From contig JADGIF010000267.1 of assembly GCA_018985225.1 (NCBI GenBank), forward strand, positions 1 through 12,236: a stretch of DNA of 12,236 bases, written 5' to 3'. The notes under the pieces were generated by a model that saw only the letters and a list, made by a program, of their open reading frames with translations, did no database searches and was not told the origin of the DNA. Numbering within the stretch: the stretch's first letter is position 1; every line of letters begins with the position of its first letter. Made by a program: the position numbers and the translations under genes. Below are positions 6,510 to 12,236 of this stretch, piece by piece. Source of the DNA: Amoeboradix gromovi X-113 (taxonomy: Eukaryota; Fungi; Sanchytriomycota).

Positions 6510-8297
6510 ATGTCGATGGATGGAACTGAACTTTTGCATTACAAAGGAAATGAGCTGAAATTGGAGGATTTAATTGGGAATGAAAACGCAGAGGATATGG
6601 TAATAAAGGGTAAAGTTGTGCAGGTTCCACTTCATAAGACAGAACAGGATAAAATAGATAGGATAGTTGCATATAAAAAAGTGAGAAAAGATATACAACA
6701 GTGGCAGCCACTAGTAGACCATAACAAAAGATCAAGGCAATTAGACCTTCCTTTTCAAAAGGAAAAGCATAATAATGTTACAATTGCGAGTTTAGCTATT
6801 GGCTTACACGCAGAAAACGAATTTGAAAAGGAAATAATGGAGCTGGAAATGAAAACTGGAATGAATGAGAAGATGGTTAGCGAGAGAGATGAGGCAACTC
6901 TTAACAGTATCACGGAAGAAGAAGTCCGAGAGCGAATCAAGGAGTTAAGAAGATTAAGGGAATTAACGTTTAGGTATGACACCAAAATGAAGAGGCATAA
7001 GAGGATAAAGTCTAGAAAATACAGGCAGATACTAGGAAAAGAAAAGATGAGAAACTCAGTTAAAAATCTTAGCATTACCGAATTACAAGAACTAAGTGGC
7101 AGTGCTGGGAATAATGAAATTGAAGAGCTTAACTTCAAGAGGGCCGAAGAAAGACTAACTTTGCGTCATAAGGATCTAGGAAAGTGGTCTAAAATGATTA
7201 AAAAAAGAGGCAGCAAAGATCCAGTGACACGTAAGGCAATTGCTGAACATTTGCAGCGGCACGAAGAGTTAAAAAGAAAAATGAGCGGTGAAGAAGAGAT
7301 CATGAGTTTGTTAGAGAAGGAGGAACCCAAGGAATCTTCTGTTATGGACAACTTAATGGATTTGAGTTTTATGCAGAATGAACTGGTTGCAAAAAACGCA
7401 AGTAGCGATGAGGATTTATTTTCTGTTGATGAAGAGGAATATGACAGCAAGCCTATATCAGAAACCTATCAAGAAATTGGAATAAAGTCAAGCGCAAATG
7501 ATGTTTTAAATAATTTGAATTCGCAGTTTCATTTTAAGGTTGCTGAAGAATCTAATGTATTTAAAAACAAGAAAAGAGCGGTGGCACAGGTAATAGATGG
7601 TGTAGAATTAGATGATGATCCATTTGAGGGATATAATGAGTCTTCAAATGTAATTGTTGAAGAAGAGTTGGACTCAGATGGTAGTAAATCTAGAAGTTCA
7701 AATGAATCCAATCCGTGGATGTCAGGTATCCAAAATTATCCTGAGAATAATGAGGTGTTCGAAATTGAAGCGTCTGCACCACTAGAAATTAATGAAGATC
7801 AAAAGGCACTAGTTCAAGAAGCTTTTGACGATGCAGCAGACGAATTTAAAAAGGAAAAGAAGGAAATAGAAGACCATGAAGGTGACAAAGTTATTGATTT
7901 GACTCTACCTGGTTGGGGTACTTGGGGAGGATTAAATTCGAAGCCACGGTTACAGAATATAAAGACAAAGACTGTTAAAGGTATTTCCAAAGCCAGTAGG
8001 CACGATAGAAAGAGAGAGAAGGTGATTATTCGTGAAAAAAGATCCAAGTTAGTGGATAAATACTTGATCAAGAAAATTCCATATCCGTATAAATCAGCTA
8101 AGGAGTATGAAGGTGTGCTAAATTGCCCAAGTGGTAAGGAATGGAATACACATAACAACTATGCGAAAGTTAATAAACCTCGTGTAGAGACTAGACTTGG
8201 CAAGATTATTATGCCATTGCGATTGAGCGCCAAAAACAGTCTTACACATGACAAGGAGGCATTAAGTGCAGATTTGTTAAGTTCAGATGATGAGTAA
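6510..8297 (+). CDS. UTP14: U3 snoRNA-associated protein 14 (SSU processome component)
   Basis: Conserved blocks VPLHKTEQDKIDRIVAY...WQPLVDHNKRSRQLDLP, KRHKRIKSRKYRQI, RAEERLTLRHK, DLTLPGWGTWGG and IPYPYKSAKEYE...PSGKEWNT...KPRVETRLGKIIMPL. Confidence 0.95.
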   Translation: MSMDGTELLHYKGNELKLEDLIGNENAEDMVIKGKVVQVPLHKTEQDKIDRIVAYKKVRKDIQQWQPLVDHNKRSRQLDLPFQKEKHNNVTIASLAIGLHAENEFEKEIMELEMKTGMNEKMVSERDEATLNSITEEEVRERIKELRRLRELTFRYDTKMKRHKRIKSRKYRQILGKEKMRNSVKNLSITELQELSGSAGNNEIEELNFKRAEERLTLRHKDLGKWSKMIKKRGSKDPVTRKAIAEHLQRHEELKRKMSGEEEIMSLLEKEEPKESSVMDNLMDLSFMQNELVAKNASSDEDLFSVDEEEYDSKPISETYQEIGIKSSANDVLNNLNSQFHFKVAEESNVFKNKKRAVAQVIDGVELDDDPFEGYNESSNVIVEEELDSDGSKSRSSNESNPWMSGIQNYPENNEVFEIEASAPLEINEDQKALVQEAFDDAADEFKKEKKEIEDHEGDKVIDLTLPGWGTWGGLNSKPRLQNIKTKTVKGISKASRHDRKREKVIIREKRSKLVDKYLIKKIPYPYKSAKEYEGVLNCPSGKEWNTHNNYAKVNKPRVETRLGKIIMPLRLSAKNSLTHDKEALSADLLSSDDE

Positions 8298-8337
8298 ATT
8301 CTGAATTATATAAAACATATTTGTTTATGATTGTTGT

Positions 8338-9831
8338 TCAGTTTTTATTAATTTGAGTATGCGTTATTACCTCTTGTTCTAAATTGGCTCTTAGCCTGTT
8401 AACAACATCTAAATTTATACTAGATTTGACCCTCTGTTCTATGGATTTTATCTTTCTATATCTAGAAGCAATCTCAACTACAGATGAGGTGTTGTTCGCA
8501 ATTTCAACTTCAGTGGTAAACTCATTTATGAGATTAGCTCTATCAATCACTGTACTCTTGCTAAATATTTTACCATTTAGAACAGTGTCTGTGTTGACAG
8601 TAAAGTGCTTCAATGATTCTTTGCTGTACGACTTCTCTGGCTCAACTAGCTTCTTGAAATTAAACTTGGAAAAGTTATCAGGAACTACTTCATTAAATAC
8701 AGATAACTCATCTTTATCATAGTGTAAAGTAGCTAGTAGTTGGTTTGAATTGGCGTTACTAGTTAACTCCTCCAATATCTTTTCTAATATTTGAATACAA
8801 TTACCAAATACTGCTTCACCCAAGCCAGATGAACCAAACACACGGTACGCCAATTCAGATCTAGATATGTATTGAAATCCAAATATCTCGTTGGTGTTAT
8901 GGTATGCTACAAATATTCCATCCATGTTCCCAATGCAGACTTGAAAATAGTATTTGAGAAACGCTGACCTTATCATATCATAATACTCTCTCTCATAACT
9001 TAAAAATTGGCCTTTATCTCTGATAATTTTGTACCAAGTGCCATTTTTATAATCAGATACGCACAATCTAATAGATAGCACAGCCCTAGTCTTTAAATCA
9101 AAAAATTTGTTATCCAGGTTCTTATTGTAGCAATCTAATTGAGATCTTATCAGTAAGGATTTATAATCTAAAAGATTAAATGATTCCCTTTTGGCTTTTT
9201 CTTGATTATTTATTAATTTTTGAAACTTCTCATGAGTATTTGTCAAGCGGTATTCTAGTACATGACCAAGACTGGACAGAATATTAGGAGAGTCAAACGA
9301 TTTGTCAGCATCGATAGACCATTTGGCATCGCCAGTAGAACCATGCCTTCTTAGAACAATTGTGCATGGAGATGATGCGCCTTGAGTAAATTTGCTGGTT
9401 ATGTCTACGAGGTCTTGAGACAAATCGGAAGTGTTTATGTTTCTTTTGCCAGAGAGGCAAAAATATATTTGGGATAACATACCTGTTACAGTGGACGTTG
9501 AGCCCATGTAGATATGATGTTTCTTCAACGCTTTTAGCAAATTAGCATCCTGAGAAGGAGGAGTGTACGATTGTATCCTAGACAGCTGATCATGTGTAAT
9601 CTTAGGCACCCGTTGAATAGATTCAAAACCTTGCTTGATTCCAGTAATGGTACCTCTGGGTTTAGTTAATAAATTATTTAGCCCGTGTTGTAAACGAGGT
9701 ATTTTACCATCCTGCAGTAATCTAAAAGTAGGATTAAAATTACCGTGCTTGATCAGAACCTTTTTGGTACATGACGATATATCTTTTGACTCAAAATATG
9801 TTGGTAACCAATTTTTGCTGATTCTCGACAT
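8338..9831 (-). CDS. PET127: Pet127-family mitochondrial RNA 5'-end processing exoribonuclease
   Basis: Motifs PRLQHGL, YTPPSQD, YMGSTSTVTGMLSQIYF, LIRSQLDC, FFDLKTRAVLSIR and SYEREYYDMIRSAFLKYYFQVCIGNMDGIFVAYHNTNEIFGFQYI. It converges on UTP14 with a 40-bp gap. Confidence 0.93.
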   Translation of the reverse strand: MSRISKNWLPTYFESKDISSCTKKVLIKHGNFNPTFRLLQDGKIPRLQHGLNNLLTKPRGTITGIKQGFESIQRVPKITHDQLSRIQSYTPPSQDANLLKALKKHHIYMGSTSTVTGMLSQIYFCLSGKRNINTSDLSQDLVDITSKFTQGASSPCTIVLRRHGSTGDAKWSIDADKSFDSPNILSSLGHVLEYRLTNTHEKFQKLINNQEKAKRESFNLLDYKSLLIRSQLDCYNKNLDNKFFDLKTRAVLSIRLCVSDYKNGTWYKIIRDKGQFLSYEREYYDMIRSAFLKYYFQVCIGNMDGIFVAYHNTNEIFGFQYISRSELAYRVFGSSGLGEAVFGNCIQILEKILEELTSNANSNQLLATLHYDKDELSVFNEVVPDNFSKFNFKKLVEPEKSYSKESLKHFTVNTDTVLNGKIFSKSTVIDRANLINEFTTEVEIANNTSSVVEIASRYRKIKSIEQRVKSSINLDVVNRLRANLEQEVITHTQINKN

Positions 9832-10032
9832 GTAAGACCCTAAAAATCAATAATGGAAACTCAACACCAGATAGCCTAATGACCTTTAGCGGTTGAATTG
9901 TAGAGTTTAATAGTACAAACTTGAAGGGCAGGTAAAAAAATAAACTCAAAGTTGTAATTTATTTAAAGTTTAGTTTAAGAGACACTACGAAAATTTTTCT
10001 TTCTACTAAGAAATATCTACGAATAAGCTATG

Positions 10033-10206
10033 TCACTCGGAATCGGAGTAGTAGTCCACTAATTTGATAACATTTTGACAGGGTTTGTCTCCCATTTTCA
10101 TATCTCTTGATGAATAAATGGTAGGGTTTTCTGGTTCGCTCAGTATCTCTAAGGGAGGCAACGGTGGAAAATTAGTTTCAATCCATATTATCTTCTCTGA
10201 ATCCAT
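10033..10206 (-). CDS. Possible 57-aa hypothetical protein (MDSEKIIW...LVDYYSDSE)
   Basis: This is the part of ORF 10033-10344 that does not overlap the MutL gene. It has its own ATG, a Pro-rich patch (FPPLPPL) and an LVDY-acidic C-terminal motif. Confidence 0.4.
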   Translation of the reverse strand: MDSEKIIWIETNFPPLPPLEILSEPENPTIYSSRDMKMGDKPCQNVIKLVDYYSDSE

Positions 10207-10229
10207 TTCAAGGAGATCAAATAATTTTA

Positions 10230-11885
10230 ATGTCACTTCATCTTGTCCAAGATCAACGGATAACTGCGGCAGTATTTCTGCCTTCACTTCAACATTTTGT
10301 ATACGAGCTGATATGTAATTCAATCGAAGCCAATGCAACATCAATTCAAATTGTTATCGGAAAAGATTTAGTAATTTGCAAAGACAACGGCCATGGAATC
10401 AAGGATCTCAATTTAATTGGCACTCAAGGAGCCACTTCCAAGCTTAATCACCGTGGCGTTGCGTTACATTCTATGAATGTGCTATGCAAACTGCAAGTTA
10501 CAACTAAGTGCAAATCTGATAAAATGGGTCAAAGGTGGATGAACAATGAAATTCAACCATTCCCATTTAATTATGGCACCCAAGTGCATCTTTCAAGTAT
10601 TTATCATAACCTACCCGTTCGCAGGAAGCACCTGGATCAACATTTTAACAAAGAACTAGCAAAATGTATTTTACTGCTACAATGTTTTGCTCTTTTGTAT
10701 CCTATTGAATGGATATTTGATAAGATACTTGTAAAGGCTAGTGAGCGTGTAATCTGCTACAAGCAAGAATCAGATTTAATTCATCGGTTAAATAGTTTAT
10801 TCACAGGGATGCATGCAATATCAATTAGCAACGCCAACGGGTATATCAACTTTAGTAGCGTTAAAGAAACCAGGTTGTGTTTGATATACAATGATGAGCC
10901 ATTGTTGCTCAATTTTGAAAAACATAAAAACCTCGTTCTTCTCAAAAAATTATTGAAGCAAGCGTACCAGACATTTAGCTTGTACAAATACATTGTAATA
11001 CTCGACATTAAACACGAATGCCATTATCTTACTGAAATATTGGTTCACGAAATAACCAACTCAATAATCAATGAATTGCAGCAGTATTTTGATTCTCTAC
11101 AAATGTCTTCATTTCAATCACAGTCTGTTCTAAGTAGCTCCAATGCCACTTATACTCAACCAGAAAACAATGCAGATGTGAGAGTGTTTGGCCCTACTGA
11201 TCTTAACGAGCATAAGCAAACCGTCAACATTCTAAAACAAACTACGATGGATTACGGTGTCACTGAATCTGTTCTACTGTTTAAAGACGTTTGCTGTACC
11301 AGCGAAATAGAGCATGACTTAAAAATATCAGACTTTAAGGATATGGTTGTTGTAGGACAATTCAACTTGGGATTCATTTTATGCATGCTAAAGTGCAACG
11401 CAACAAACATTATGTACATAATTGATCAGCATGCTAGCGATGAAATATACAACTTTGAGAATCTGTTGAAATCAAAGAACATTAGCAAGTACCCATTACT
11501 GACGCCTAAATTAATTAAATTTAATCCATCAGAGCTACTACTATTTAATAGGTACTCGCAACAGCTCAAGGACTATGGATTTGAATTCATGGTAGACGAT
11601 GATCAAGTCTACATGATTGTTATTCCAGTTTACAACAATGTGGAATTTAATGAAAATGACATATTTGATATTTTACATCAGTTGGAAAATGGGAACAAGG
11701 TAGCGTTGCCCTTAAAATTAAAGAGCAAGCTGGCTAGCAAAGCTTGCAGATCGAGCATAATGATCGGAGATGTATTACAGCATCAAGAGATGCGGCAAAT
11801 AGTGCATAATTTGTCAAAATTAGATAAACCATGGAAGTGTCCACATGGAAGACCAACAGTTAAGTTACTGCGGGGTTTTCAGTAA
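10230..11885 (+). CDS. PMS1: MutL-family mismatch repair endonuclease, yeast Pms1 / human PMS2 type, shortened (551 aa)
   Basis: GHKL motifs ELICNSIEANAT, DNGHGI, ATSKL, GTQV and NLPVRRK are present. C-terminal motifs are VVGQFNLGFIL, DQHASDEIYNFE, ACRSSIMIG and PWKCPHGRPT. Confidence 0.92.
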   Translation: MSLHLVQDQRITAAVFLPSLQHFVYELICNSIEANATSIQIVIGKDLVICKDNGHGIKDLNLIGTQGATSKLNHRGVALHSMNVLCKLQVTTKCKSDKMGQRWMNNEIQPFPFNYGTQVHLSSIYHNLPVRRKHLDQHFNKELAKCILLLQCFALLYPIEWIFDKILVKASERVICYKQESDLIHRLNSLFTGMHAISISNANGYINFSSVKETRLCLIYNDEPLLLNFEKHKNLVLLKKLLKQAYQTFSLYKYIVILDIKHECHYLTEILVHEITNSIINELQQYFDSLQMSSFQSQSVLSSSNATYTQPENNADVRVFGPTDLNEHKQTVNILKQTTMDYGVTESVLLFKDVCCTSEIEHDLKISDFKDMVVVGQFNLGFILCMLKCNATNIMYIIDQHASDEIYNFENLLKSKNISKYPLLTPKLIKFNPSELLLFNRYSQQLKDYGFEFMVDDDQVYMIVIPVYNNVEFNENDIFDILHQLENGNKVALPLKLKSKLASKACRSSIMIGDVLQHQEMRQIVHNLSKLDKPWKCPHGRPTVKLLRGFQ

Positions 11886-12236
11886 ATCAATATGCATACA
11901 GAATATAGCCTTTACTACTATCTAGCTTGCCTGCTACCCTTGTCGAGATTTATTTTATACCAGTTGCCATTAATACTGCAGCATTTCTGCACGTAGTTTT
12001 TATAAATTTATAAAATTTTAGATCACATCATCGCTGCAACAAGTTCTTTATCGGCATATGGGGCTCACAGTATGGAATGGCAGCAAAAAGCTACAGCACA
12101 TGGGATTCCCACCCCGTCTCCGATGGCAGTACTAACCATGCCAGCACCTGCTTGACTTCTGAAATTTGACAGGATCAGGTATTTCCAGGTGTGTATGGCC
12201 GTAGCTGATAGCAGAGTTAGTTTACGGTCTAATACA

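Noticed and set aside
5349-6512. Idea that the element split the UTP14 coding sequence, with an original ATG at 5349
   Set aside because: In the reconstructed empty allele that ATG is out of frame with UTP14, and the UTP14 frame has a TAA three codons before 6510.
6164-6529. ORFs 6164-6529 (+) and 6246-6473 (-)
   Set aside because: These are antisense or alternative-frame shadows of the Fanzor remnant with no recognisable motifs.
6091-6735. 214-aa minus-strand ORF as one real membrane protein
   Set aside because: Its first ~80 codons are antisense to UTP14 and cross the TIR. Only the part inside the element is Fanzor-like.
6755-8158. Minus-strand ORFs inside UTP14, and similar shadows at 605-817, 2703-2888, 4137-4349, 8384-8722, 9635-9835, 10118-10318 and 10781-11008
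   Set aside because: They are antisense or overlapping frames of better-supported ORFs, with Ser/Leu/Phe-rich composition typical of shadows.
1933-9831. Functional RNA-processing gene cluster (dsRBD, KH, UTP14, PET127)
   Set aside because: The products act in different compartments and pathways, and adjacency in a gene-dense eukaryotic genome is not evidence of a shared system.
9832-9960. Upstream exon adding a mitochondrial presequence to PET127
   Set aside because: A TTTAG acceptor-like site exists, but the donor options I tried hit stop codons before any ATG.
11998-12015. Perfect 18-bp palindrome TTTTATAAATTTATAAAA
   Set aside because: It is A/T-only low-complexity sequence and plausibly arises by chance in this genome.

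Overview
This is a compact, AT-rich eukaryotic window read in the standard code. PET127 and a yeast-type Pms1 suggest a fungus or close relative, which is an inference. Host genes, in order: an aldo-keto reductase, a protein with three dsRBD-like repeats, a multi-KH RNA-binding protein split by a 20-nt GT-AG intron, UTP14, PET127 (minus strand), a possible small acidic-tailed ORF, and a shortened MutL homolog of the Pms1/PMS2 type. The main feature is a GC-richer, 1127-bp non-autonomous transposon at 5359-6485. It has ~27-bp imperfect terminal inverted repeats (TIRs) and TA on both flanks, and sits 24 bp upstream of the UTP14 start codon. On the minus strand it carries a decayed, internally deleted Fanzor-like gene (eukaryotic TnpB-derived RNA-guided nuclease). 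Downstream of that gene is a strand-specifically structured region running into the right TIR, where an omegaRNA scaffold is expected. The junctions allow prediction of the empty site, guide and TAM. All family calls rest on motif recognition; no searches were run.
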